From the NCBI GenBank assembly GCA_965219455.1, contig OZ244744.1, forward strand, positions 192,001 to 256,000: DNA of 64,000 nt, in the 5' to 3' direction. Numbering within the stretch: the stretch's first letter is position 1; each line of letters begins with the position of its first letter. Under the pieces are notes generated by a model. That model saw nothing but the letters and a program-made list of their open reading frames with translations. It did not search any database and was not told the origin of the DNA. This DNA comes from Candidatus Latescibacterota bacterium (GTDB lineage: Bacteria > Latescibacterota > UBA2968 > GCA-2709665). A program made the translations under genes and the position numbers. Below, in pieces: positions 41,818-51,012 of this stretch.

Positions 41818-43050
41818 ATGCCACTCGATATATGGATGTTTATCGGCCTCATCGACGCCTTCGAAGAAGAAGGCGCCGACAGTATCCTGGACCGCCTGGA
41901 AGGGGTGGGCATCGACACTATCGTGCTGGGCGACCTGAGATTCGGGACGTCGCCCGCGTATCCGCCAACGCCGGAACTCTACCAGGGGTGTGAGACATGT
42001 CCCCCGGAGATGTCGCCCGATGATACCCCCCGGTTCGAAACACTGCAACGTGCCGTTGAAAAGGCGAAAGACCGGAACTTCGGCGTTTATCTGCACGATT
42101 GGCTTCAATCCGCACCGGGCTGCATCAACAATCCGGAAAAGCTCAGGTACGGCCCTGCGCGAACGCGAGACGTCGTTCGCAGTTTCCCCGGGGTAGACGG
42201 ATTCATCCTCGACGGACCCGAGTGGGGGTACGAAATCGCACCCGGCCGTCGGAGCAACCTGTTCCGGTGCGACTGCGACTGCTGCCGTGCACGAGCGAAA
42301 GAGTGGGGTTACGACTTCGATGCCCTCTGGAAAGCCCAGGGGCGCCTTGAGAACAGTTTGAAGAATATGCGGAGCCTGCCTCCGGGCCGTCGCGAACGCG
42401 GTCTGGTCGACGGCCTCGACGCGCTGATCTCGAACCCCGGTCTCTTCGACTGGTTCCGCTTCAAGACCGACAGCATCGAGCACTACGTCAGCGCCTTCGC
42501 CGACACCGCCAGGTCGCTCGACCCACCTCGAAAGGTGGCCTGCGGCCCCCGTCTGCCCGCCTTCGCGCCCCTCACCGGCTACAATTTCGGGCGCCTTGCA
42601 GATATTGTCGACTTTCAGTGCCCCAAACTCTATTTCTGGCAGCACGGAATCGACGGCCTGAAAGGCACCCTGTACCGCTACGGGGAAACCCTGTGCGCGT
42701 GGAACCCTGGCATAACCGAAGCGGAAGCGCTCGACCGCGTGCGCGAACTCTTCGCCCTCTGGATTCCCGGCGCCCGGCGCCTGGCCGATCTGGACGCCGC
42801 ATTGCCCGCCGAGTTCTTCGAGCAGGTGGCCCTCAGCGAAATTACCAAAATGAGGGAACGCCTCGACGACGTCTCACGCATCCGGCCCTGGATGGGGCTG
42901 CATCACGGTGGTGTCCGCATGGACAGTCGCGAACTGGAACACATGCTGCAAACCGTTGAGAATGGCGGCCTGACCACCCTCATTTACTGGCATTACAGCG
43001 ACATGACGGAATCCGACTGGCAGGTGATACAGGACAGGGTTCAGATATGA
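41818..43050 (+). CDS. Hypothetical protein, probable TIM-barrel (glycoside-hydrolase-like) fold with CDCDCC motif
   Basis: 410-aa ORF; GCINNP, VDGFILDGPE, FRCDCDCCR and DWFRFK segments. Confidence 0.6.
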   Translation: MPLDIWMFIGLIDAFEEEGADSILDRLEGVGIDTIVLGDLRFGTSPAYPPTPELYQGCETCPPEMSPDDTPRFETLQRAVEKAKDRNFGVYLHDWLQSAPGCINNPEKLRYGPARTRDVVRSFPGVDGFILDGPEWGYEIAPGRRSNLFRCDCDCCRARAKEWGYDFDALWKAQGRLENSLKNMRSLPPGRRERGLVDGLDALISNPGLFDWFRFKTDSIEHYVSAFADTARSLDPPRKVACGPRLPAFAPLTGYNFGRLADIVDFQCPKLYFWQHGIDGLKGTLYRYGETLCAWNPGITEAEALDRVRELFALWIPGARRLADLDAALPAEFFEQVALSEITKMRERLDDVSRIRPWMGLHHGGVRMDSRELEHMLQTVENGGLTTLIYWHYSDMTESDWQVIQDRVQI

Positions 43051-43256
43051 GTGCCGAGGTTGCATTTTGTATGGCATAATTCTTCCGCTTGTCGTGGTCA
43101 AGGGCCGCCGCATTCAGAAAACCGGCGGCTCGTTGTGCATCCAATGAATGACCGGGATCGGGCATCGCCAATCCGGGGGTTCTTCCACACCGGTTGAATA
43201 CGCACTTTTCACGTTCAAGTTCAGGCAACGCCGGCGGCAACGGCATCCAGGCTCAC

Positions 43257-44288
43257 ATGAACGCCATCACGGTTAGAGATCTTTCCAAGTTCTATATAGT
43301 ACCTGAGCGCGAGGCGGGCCTGGGCGCAGCGCTCAAGAGCCTGGTCAAACGGAAAACACGTTTGGTTAAGGCCGTCGAGACGATTTCCTTCAGCGTCGAG
43401 CCGGGGGAAATCGTGGGCTTTCTCGGTCCCAATGGGGCGGGAAAAACCACGACGCTCAAGATGCTCTCGGGGTTGCTCTATCCCACTGACGGGACGGCCG
43501 AAGTACTGGGTCATATCCCCCACAGGCGCGAAAAGGCTTTCCTGGGGCAGATTACGCTCGTTATGGGACAGCGCAACCAGCTGATCTGGGATATCCCGAT
43601 GATCGACTCTCTTGAACGCAACCGCGCGGTCTATCGGATTTCGCACAGTGACTACAGGGAGACACTCGATGAGCTGACGGATTTGCTCGAATTGGAATCG
43701 CTTCTCCCGAAACCGGTCAGGAACCTCTCGCTCGGCGAGCGGATGAAGTGCGAAATCGCGGCCGCCCTGCTGCATCGTCCAAGGGTACTGTTCCTCGACG
43801 AACCCACAATCGGTCTCGACGTCACCATGCAGCGCCGCATTCGTACGTTCATTGAAGAGTACAACCGGGCGCACGGCGCGACGGTGCTGCTCACGAGCCA
43901 CTACATGGCCGACGTCGAAGCCCTGTGTAAGCGTGTCGTCATCATCCACCACGGTCAGATCCTCTTCGACGGCGCGCTTTCCGACCTCGTCGCCCGATTC
44001 TCCCCCCACAAGACCGTTGTGGTCGAACTGGAGACAGAGAACGTGGACCTCTCGCCATATGGAGAAGTCGTAGAGGCAGCCGGACTTCGTTACTCTCTAC
44101 GCGTGCCCAAAGAGGCCACCCCGCAGGTGACGGCGAGAATTCTCGGTGACTTGCCGGTGCTGGACCTGACCGTTGAAGACCCGCCCATCGAGGAAGTCAT
44201 CGAGCAGGTTTTCTCCGTTGAAACGCCGGAAGACGACACAGGTCCGGCCGACGCCGAAATCGGGGTCGCGAGGTCGGACTCAGCCTGA
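43257..44288 (+). CDS. ABC transporter ATP-binding protein
   Basis: GPNGAGKT, LSLGERMK, FLDEPT and TSHYM motifs. Confidence 0.95.
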   Translation: MNAITVRDLSKFYIVPEREAGLGAALKSLVKRKTRLVKAVETISFSVEPGEIVGFLGPNGAGKTTTLKMLSGLLYPTDGTAEVLGHIPHRREKAFLGQITLVMGQRNQLIWDIPMIDSLERNRAVYRISHSDYRETLDELTDLLELESLLPKPVRNLSLGERMKCEIAAALLHRPRVLFLDEPTIGLDVTMQRRIRTFIEEYNRAHGATVLLTSHYMADVEALCKRVVIIHHGQILFDGALSDLVARFSPHKTVVVELETENVDLSPYGEVVEAAGLRYSLRVPKEATPQVTARILGDLPVLDLTVEDPPIEEVIEQVFSVETPEDDTGPADAEIGVARSDSA

Positions 44289-44445
44289 CGCGAAACGCTG
44301 AAACGGAACCCGGCCGCGGGTTCCGGCATCGAAACCGGCCGGCCAAGCCGTCCACAGGATCCCCTGCCAACGGACCCGGATTCTCCCTGCCATTTTTCTC
44401 CGGCACCCGATCAGTATCGGAAAACCCGGTCGCCGATATACACCA

Positions 44446-45240
44446 ATGCTTGCGATCTACTGGGCATACCTGAAAACGACCCTTGCGCTTCAGTTTCAAT
44501 ATCGCGTCGCCATGGCGATCTGGATGATCGGCGGGCTGCTTGAGCCGACGATCTACTGTGTCGTCTGGACAACCGTCGCGATCGCGAGGGGCGGCGAAGT
44601 GGCCGGCTACGATGCGGGTGAGTTTGCCGCGTATTATATTGTCCTGATGGTCGTCAATATGTGGACGTTCACCTGGATCATGCACGAGATGGGCTATCGC
44701 GTGCAGCACGGTGAGCTCTCCGCGATGCTCCTGAAACCGATTCATCCGATCCACAGTGACATTGCAGACAACATGGGCTACAAGACCCTGACCCTCTGCG
44801 TGCTGATTCCGTCAACGGCCGTGCTCTGGCTCCTGTTCAATCCCACGTTTGACATCGATTTAACAAATGTACTCCTCTTCCTGGTTTCGCTGATACTGGC
44901 GTACATCCTGAGGTTTTTCGTCGAATGGTCCCTTTCACTGGTCGCCTTCTGGACGACGCGAAACGAGGCGGTCAATCAGATGTACTACATGTTCAGCCTG
45001 TTCCTGTCCGGCAGGATCGCCCCACTGGACCTGTTGCCGGAATGGGCCCGAACAATAGCGGACGCGCTCCCATTCAAGTGGTCCATCGCCTTTCCCGTGG
45101 AGCTACTCCTCGGAAGGCTCAACCATTCGCAAATTTCACACGGTTTCCTGATGCAGGTCGTGTGGGTCATCATCGGATTCGGCATCGTCAAACTCATCTG
45201 GCACCGGGGCATCAAGAAATATTCCGCGGTGGGATCTTGA
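44446..45240 (+). CDS. ABC-2 family permease (DUF990-type)
   Basis: About six TM segments, GELSAMLLKP, LSGRIAPLDLLP and C-terminal YSAVGS. Confidence 0.9.
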   Translation: MLAIYWAYLKTTLALQFQYRVAMAIWMIGGLLEPTIYCVVWTTVAIARGGEVAGYDAGEFAAYYIVLMVVNMWTFTWIMHEMGYRVQHGELSAMLLKPIHPIHSDIADNMGYKTLTLCVLIPSTAVLWLLFNPTFDIDLTNVLLFLVSLILAYILRFFVEWSLSLVAFWTTRNEAVNQMYYMFSLFLSGRIAPLDLLPEWARTIADALPFKWSIAFPVELLLGRLNHSQISHGFLMQVVWVIIGFGIVKLIWHRGIKKYSAVGS

Positions 45241-45268
45241 GAACGGCTTCGGCGACGGGTCTACGCCT

Positions 45269-46054
45269 ATGCACAAACTGATTGTGATATGGACCTTTCT
45301 GAAGATAGGCATTCTCAACGAACTCGCCTATCGCGTCAACTTCTACGTCCAGATCTTTCAGTCCGCGGTGAGTCTTGTACAGGCGCTTCTTGGCGTCTAC
45401 ATCGTCTTTCTGCACACCGAAACACTGGGCGACTGGAGATCCTACGATCTGCTCGCCCTGATCGGCGTGTTCATCATTATCGGCGGGGCGATCTCTATCG
45501 TCATCCGGCCCAGTATGGCGCAATTGATGACGGACGTCCGTCGGGGAACGCTCGACTATACCCTCACGAAGCCTGAGGATGCACAGTTTCTGATCAGTAT
45601 CAGCCAGTTTCGCATCTGGAAAGTCACGGATTTCGCCCTTGGCGGGAACGTGCTGATGTATGCGCTCTTCAAGAGGGGCGTGGATGTCGGCGCCGTGGAC
45701 GCAGTCACCTTCGGCCTGGCCCTTTTGTGCGGCGCGGCCACGATCTACAGCTTTTTTCTGATCCTGTCAACCATCTCATTCTGGTATATAAAGGTCGAGA
45801 ATATTCTCAACATCTTCGACTCGATGGTCCAGGCCGGGCGCTGGCCCATCGGCATCTATCCCTACTGGCTGCGTTTTGTCCTTACCTTCATCGTTCCTGT
45901 TGCGTTCGCGATTACGGTCCCCGCCCGGGCGTTGACCGGCCGGCTCGATACGGAGTCATTGACGGCGGCGGTCCTCGTGGCTGCCGGAATGCTGATCGCC
46001 TCGCGGTTGTTCTGGCGGTGGGGGCTCCGCCACTACTCCGGCGCCTCGGCCTGA
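45269..46054 (+). CDS. ABC-2 family permease (DUF990-type)
   Basis: AYRVNF, GTLDYTLTKP, RWPIGIYP and C-terminal YSGASA. Confidence 0.9.
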   Translation: MHKLIVIWTFLKIGILNELAYRVNFYVQIFQSAVSLVQALLGVYIVFLHTETLGDWRSYDLLALIGVFIIIGGAISIVIRPSMAQLMTDVRRGTLDYTLTKPEDAQFLISISQFRIWKVTDFALGGNVLMYALFKRGVDVGAVDAVTFGLALLCGAATIYSFFLILSTISFWYIKVENILNIFDSMVQAGRWPIGIYPYWLRFVLTFIVPVAFAITVPARALTGRLDTESLTAAVLVAAGMLIASRLFWRWGLRHYSGASA

Positions 46055-46124
46055 CTGAAACTCGGCCGGACCTGTGCGCGTACTGGACGACATCGTAGAG
46101 CATGGCGGCGGTAACCAGACAGGT

Positions 46125-46315
46125 CGGATTGCCGCGTAACGCTCTTCGCGGTAGTCCGCGCGTCTCCAGATCGGCAATACGGCGTCGCGCCATCGCCTGT
46201 ATGTCTCCAGCGGATGTGCGCCAGAGACCTCTCGGCAGACCGCTCGCAGCGCCGGCGCCTGCACCCCGAGACAGGGCATCTCCGACTTCATATACGCCTG
46301 CATTACCGGCGCCAC
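46125..46315 (-). pseudogene. N-terminal fragment of a DNA alkylation repair (AlkD-like) protein
   Basis: APVMQAYMKSEMPCLGVQAPALR...WRRADYREERYAAI, after which similarity is lost. Confidence 0.7.
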
Positions 46316-46441
46316 TCGTAGAAATGACTTGCACACCGGGCGGGTTTGGCGCACAATTAATAGGCAATCTTTCGGCCGGTCCGCCGATGAGTTTGTCCCG
46401 CCATCAACCATTGGCATCCCCTGCAACACAGGAGGTGTACT

Positions 46442-46831
46442 ATGTCTGAGAAAAAGGTCAAGTCGTTCGCCGCACACGCCAAAGAAGCCCTCTGGAGGCA
46501 GGAGGGGTTGCGTCCCTATTTTTCCTATCGGGATCTGGGTATCAAGGACGCCACGGAGGCGAGAGTTCTGGCCCACATCATCCGCGCCCGGCAACCATGT
46601 ACCGGACCGTTGGGCTATCACTCACACGATCTGGATTTTCAGATGGTCTATCTGATCAACGGGTGGGCCCGCCTCTACTTTGAGGACATCGGCGAGATTC
46701 GGGTCGAAGCGGGTGACGCGTGGTATCAGCCACCCGGTATCAGGCATGAAGTTCTCGAATACTCCGATGATTGGGAAGTGATCGAAATCACCATGCCGGC
46801 CGAATTTGACACCCATGAAGAACAGCGCTAG
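46442..46831 (+). CDS. Cupin domain protein
   Basis: GGAGG RBS; HSHDLDFQMVY and GDAWYQPPGIRHE motifs. Confidence 0.9.
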   Translation: MSEKKVKSFAAHAKEALWRQEGLRPYFSYRDLGIKDATEARVLAHIIRARQPCTGPLGYHSHDLDFQMVYLINGWARLYFEDIGEIRVEAGDAWYQPPGIRHEVLEYSDDWEVIEITMPAEFDTHEEQR

Positions 46832-46839
46832 GGATTCAC

Positions 46840-47718
46840 ATGAGAGTCGGGTTCATTGGTCTGGGTAAGATGGGGCAGCCGATGGCGGCCAATATCCTGG
46901 ATGCCGGGCACCCCTTGACCATCCATGATACCCGGCGTCAGACTGGCCACGACCTCGAGGCGGCGGGCGCGACCTGGGCTGAAAACGCGAAGGCGGTGGC
47001 GGTTCGATCCGAAGTGGTGTTATCCTCCTTGCCCAGCACCGAGGCGGTCGAGCAGGTCGTGTTGGCTGACGACGGGGTGTTTGCCGGTCTGGCCGGGGGA
47101 TCGACCTACGTCGACACCAGCACCATCGCACCGTCGGCGATGCGCCGCATTTTCGCGCTCGGAGCGGAACGGGGCTTGCATGTGCTCGACGCGCCGGTCA
47201 GCGGTGGCATCTTTGGCGCGCAGGATGCTACGCTCACCCTATTTGTGGGTGGTGATGCGGAGGATCTGGAGCGGGTGCAGCCGGTGTTGGAGACTATCGG
47301 CAACAAGATCGTCCACATGGGACCCGCCGGATCCGGGAATGTGATCAAGCTGATCAACAACCTGATGATGTTCGTCAACTTCATCGGTGTGTGCGAGGGC
47401 GTGGCGATAAGTGCCAAGGCCGGGATCGATCTGCAACTGTTGCTGGATGCGGTTAAGGCGAGTATGGGGCAAAGCAGGGTGTTTGAACGCACCCTCTCGC
47501 TGTTCTTGAACAGCAGTCAAATGGGCTCAACCACTGATCTGGCAGTGAAGGATATGCGTCTGGGGGTTGAGCTTGGGTCAGAACTCGGGGTACCGCTGGA
47601 GGTCAGTCCGCTGGTCAGCGACCTCATTGTCCGGTTCCGCGATGGTGGTGACCGGGGACAGGATGAGTTTACCGACATGATACCGGATTTGCTGCTGCGG
47701 TCGGGCGTGGATGTGTAA
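46840..47718 (+). CDS. Beta-hydroxyacid dehydrogenase family NAD(P)-dependent oxidoreductase
   Basis: GFIGLGKMG, DAPVSGG and KLINN motifs. Confidence 0.92.
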   Translation: MRVGFIGLGKMGQPMAANILDAGHPLTIHDTRRQTGHDLEAAGATWAENAKAVAVRSEVVLSSLPSTEAVEQVVLADDGVFAGLAGGSTYVDTSTIAPSAMRRIFALGAERGLHVLDAPVSGGIFGAQDATLTLFVGGDAEDLERVQPVLETIGNKIVHMGPAGSGNVIKLINNLMMFVNFIGVCEGVAISAKAGIDLQLLLDAVKASMGQSRVFERTLSLFLNSSQMGSTTDLAVKDMRLGVELGSELGVPLEVSPLVSDLIVRFRDGGDRGQDEFTDMIPDLLLRSGVDV

Positions 47719-47908
47719 TCGATCAGCGGTGCTGCATCGCGATGGGCGAATCGTCGCTGAACCTGTCCTCGCTACATTTCTGATGCTCCCGAACGTGGCC
47801 ATTAACAATCCATACGCAATCTCGTCAACTGGTCCGGAGCGAGTTGCGGCCCCTTAGCCTTCTTGTGTGGGCGCACGAAAAACATCACCCTCCACCTTTG
47901 AGCGCTTC

Positions 47909-49039
47909 ATGAATATCTGCATCGTCGGCGCCGGAATCTTCGGCATGGCGGCGGCGCTGGAATTGCGCAACCGGGGCCACGGCGTAACGCTGATCGAACG
48001 CGGTGAAATCCCCAACCCGGAGGCGTCCAGCACGGATGTATCCAAGGTGATCCGCCGCACGAACTACCCGAACGAGACATACGTGGAACTCGTCACGCGG
48101 GCCGCGGCGCAATGGCGTGAGTGGCACAACCGAACGAGCCGGTCGATTTACTTCCAGCACGGCAAGCTGATCGTGGCGCGCGACCTGGAATCGGACCACG
48201 AAGCCCACGCGGGCTGGGAGACACTGAGCCGGATGGGCAAAGACGTCTATGAACTCACGGCCAGCCAGGCAGGCGAGCGATTTCCTCAGTTCACGGTTAG
48301 CGACCAGGACCGGATTTTCTTCGACCCCTGGGCAGGCTACCTGCGCAGCGGCCAGGCGCTGGCGGACCTGGCGAAGCTGGCGCGGAGCGCGGGCGTGACC
48401 ATCCGCGAGAACACCCTCGTCACCGCAGTGGAAGAGACGCCAACCGGCGCCAGAGTCCGATCGGACACGGAGTGGCAGGACTGCGACCGCGCCGTCGTGG
48501 CGGCAGGTCCTTGGGTGGCCGAACTCCTGCCGGCCATGGAGAAACGCGTGCGCATTACGCGGCAGCAGATGGCTTACTTCGCGCCCGAGGATCCGGCGCC
48601 GTTCGAGCGCACGCGTTTCCCGGTGTGGTCAATCCTCTCGCCCGGCAACCTCTGGTACGGGTTCCCGTATCTGCACGAGGGGTTCGTGAAGGTGGCGGAA
48701 GACAGCAAGTGGGATGACGCCGCGGTCGACGTCCCGCGTGAACCCACCCCCGAGTTTCTGGCATGGGCCCGGGAGTTCGTCGCCCGGCGCATTCCCGGCC
48801 TCATTGCCGCGCAACTGGTTGGTGGCCGGTCCTGCCTCTATACCAACATGGCCAATATGGCCGACGAAGAGTTCGTCATCGACTGGGCCCAGGGATACGA
48901 GCGGGTGTTGATCGCGGGCTGTGGATGCGGCCACGGATTCAAATTCGGCGGCGCCATCGGTCCCGTGATCGCCGATGCGCTTGAAGACCGCGAGAACCCG
49001 CTGGGCGATCTGTTCAGGATTGGAAACCGCTTCGAGTAA
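47909..49039 (+). CDS. FAD-dependent oxidase, monomeric sarcosine oxidase/fructosyl-amine oxidase family
   Basis: IVGAGIFG, SSTDVSKVIR, SCLYT and GHGFKFG motifs. Confidence 0.88.
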   Translation: MNICIVGAGIFGMAAALELRNRGHGVTLIERGEIPNPEASSTDVSKVIRRTNYPNETYVELVTRAAAQWREWHNRTSRSIYFQHGKLIVARDLESDHEAHAGWETLSRMGKDVYELTASQAGERFPQFTVSDQDRIFFDPWAGYLRSGQALADLAKLARSAGVTIRENTLVTAVEETPTGARVRSDTEWQDCDRAVVAAGPWVAELLPAMEKRVRITRQQMAYFAPEDPAPFERTRFPVWSILSPGNLWYGFPYLHEGFVKVAEDSKWDDAAVDVPREPTPEFLAWAREFVARRIPGLIAAQLVGGRSCLYTNMANMADEEFVIDWAQGYERVLIAGCGCGHGFKFGGAIGPVIADALEDRENPLGDLFRIGNRFE

Positions 49040-49052
49040 GGGGGTCGATCCG

Positions 49053-50060
49053 ATGGCAGCGCATCCGAGGGAAATCTACGACGACGCAATTGTGATCGAC
49101 GGGTTAACCATCTGCAGCTGGGAAAGCGATGCCGTTTTCCGGCAATTTCGCGCCGGCAATTTCACGGCAATAAACGCCACCGTGTCCACGTGGCAGAACT
49201 TCATTCAGACGATGGCTCATCTCACGGCCTGGATGCGGCGGTTCCGGGAGCGCGACGACATCCTGCAGGTGAAATCGACAGCCGACATATATTCGGCCAA
49301 GCAGCAGGGCAAGACCGGGGTTATTCTCGGATTCCAGAACGCCTCTCCGATCGAAAACGAACTGGATCGCCTGGGCCTGTTTCTCGCGCTCGGGGTGCGG
49401 GTGATCCAACTCACCTATCACGAGACCAACCTTCTGGGCAGCGGTTGCTGGGAACGAAATGATGCCGGTCTGAGCAATTTCGGCGTCGATGCCGTCCGCG
49501 AGATGAACCGGCTGGGCATTCTCATCGATCTGTCGCACGTGGGTCCCAGGACGACGCTGGACGCGATCGAAATGTCCGAGCAGCCTGTCGCCATCACCCA
49601 TGCCAACGCCCGCAGTTTCTGTGACCATCCGCGAAACAAGGAGGATGAAGCGCTGAAACGCCTGGCCGAAAAAGGGGGTGTCGTGGGCGCGACCTCGTTC
49701 GCGAACTTCCTTCCGCGGGGATTCGAATCCACAGTTGAGGATTTCGTCGACGCCATCGACGATATGGTAGAGCGGGTCGGCCTCGACCACGTCGCCATCG
49801 GCACGGATGCCACCCACGACCAACCCCTCGAATTCTGGCACTATCTCGGATCGCAACAGGGAACCAAATTCCCATCCACCTTCGCGGACGGCTCGGTTCC
49901 CTACACCGACCTGAGCTTCCAACCGAAGGGCATCGCGACGCCATCGGAGTTCCCGAACGTCGCCGAGGCGCTTGCAAACCGGGGCTACAACGCCGGGGAG
50001 ATCACACAATTGCTCGGCGGCAACTGGATGCGCCTGTTCGAGCGGGTGTGGAACGTTTGA
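49053..50060 (+). CDS. Membrane dipeptidase (peptidase M19) family protein
   Basis: LGFQNA, IDLSHVG, THAN, HPRNK, IGTD and LGGNW motifs. Confidence 0.9.
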   Translation: MAAHPREIYDDAIVIDGLTICSWESDAVFRQFRAGNFTAINATVSTWQNFIQTMAHLTAWMRRFRERDDILQVKSTADIYSAKQQGKTGVILGFQNASPIENELDRLGLFLALGVRVIQLTYHETNLLGSGCWERNDAGLSNFGVDAVREMNRLGILIDLSHVGPRTTLDAIEMSEQPVAITHANARSFCDHPRNKEDEALKRLAEKGGVVGATSFANFLPRGFESTVEDFVDAIDDMVERVGLDHVAIGTDATHDQPLEFWHYLGSQQGTKFPSTFADGSVPYTDLSFQPKGIATPSEFPNVAEALANRGYNAGEITQLLGGNWMRLFERVWNV

Positions 50061-50170
50061 GATGCCGGCAGGTTTGAGACCTCCCCCGGCCCTGCAGATC
50101 GGACCACGATCCCTTTATCCGGGCTTTCCTTACTGTCGGGATGAAAATCCGGCATTTTCGGCATATTCGA

Positions 50171-50207
50171 TTGCACGTTGTATTACATTGTATTATATTG
50201 TATTACA
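50171..50207 (+). promoter_or_regulatory. TA promoter overlapped by three 10-bp operator repeats
   Basis: TTGCAC-N17-TATATT; TTGTATTACA, TTGTATTATA and TTGTATTACA in tandem at 50178-50207. Confidence 0.75.
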
Positions 50208-50440
50208 TGAATACGACACTGACAGTACGGACGGACCCGTCCATGCGAGAGGCGCTGGAAAAGCGCGCCCAGGTTCAGGGATTGACGGTCTCAGAACTCG
50301 TCCGCAGGCTTCTCGAAGAAGCCATATCCGAGAGTCCGGTGGCAGAAAGAGCCGGACACCTTAGGGGGTGTCTGGAACTCTCCGATCCGGATTCAGACCC
50401 GTGGCGCAGGCATCTGCGTGAACGGAACTGGCGTCGATGA
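50207..50440 (+). CDS. CopG/ribbon-helix-helix antitoxin (VapB-type)
   Basis: TLTVRTD...LEKRA...TVSELVRRLLEE; ATGA overlap with the PIN gene. Confidence 0.85.
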   Translation: MNTTLTVRTDPSMREALEKRAQVQGLTVSELVRRLLEEAISESPVAERAGHLRGCLELSDPDSDPWRRHLRERNWRR

Positions 50441-50868
50441 CGTACTGGCTTCTTGACACCGGTCCCCTGGTCGCTTATCTCAATGCCGCAGATCCGGCTC
50501 ACGATGACGTGGGAGACGCGCTCGACGGCTTTACCGGACAGCTCTGTACGACGTCTGCGGTCATCACGGAAGCCATGCATTTTTTAGCGCGAAACCGGTC
50601 CGGTCCCCGATTGCTGTCAGAATTCGTCACAACGGCCCGCATTCAGGTATTTGATTTCGCTCAGCCGGCAGCCTTGCGGTCGGCCGCGATCCTGATGGAG
50701 AAATACGCGGATACACCGATGGACTACGCAGACGCCACCATTGTGTTTCTTGCCGAACGCCTGGATTGCTTCGATATCCTCACTCTTGACCGTCGCGGCT
50801 TTTCGACCTATCGGGCTGCGGAAAATCGCGGTTTCCGACTGATTCCTGTGCCGTCGCCTTTACGGTGA
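50437..50868 (+). CDS. vapC: PIN-domain toxin (VapC-like)
   Basis: LLDTGPLVA, VITEA, MDYADA and LTLDRRGF motifs. Confidence 0.9.
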   Translation: MTYWLLDTGPLVAYLNAADPAHDDVGDALDGFTGQLCTTSAVITEAMHFLARNRSGPRLLSEFVTTARIQVFDFAQPAALRSAAILMEKYADTPMDYADATIVFLAERLDCFDILTLDRRGFSTYRAAENRGFRLIPVPSPLR

Positions 50869-51012
50869 GCCGAACGCCTTTCTCCATCCATGCCCCGGAA
50901 CCACACCCCAGAGTTGCGTTTCAAATACAGAGACGCCTCCTCCACCGCTCCAGGAAAAAATCTTCGGACACCTCCATGATAGCGGGGAAAGTATTTATCC
51001 TCATCGAGTTGA

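Noticed and set aside
41771-50097. REP-like motifs GGGGCGGGGTTTCATACCCGCCC (about 41774) and GGCAGGTTTGAGACCTCCC (about 50067)
   Set aside because: Only two degenerate copies and no RAYT transposase in the window; the first is adequately explained as a terminator.
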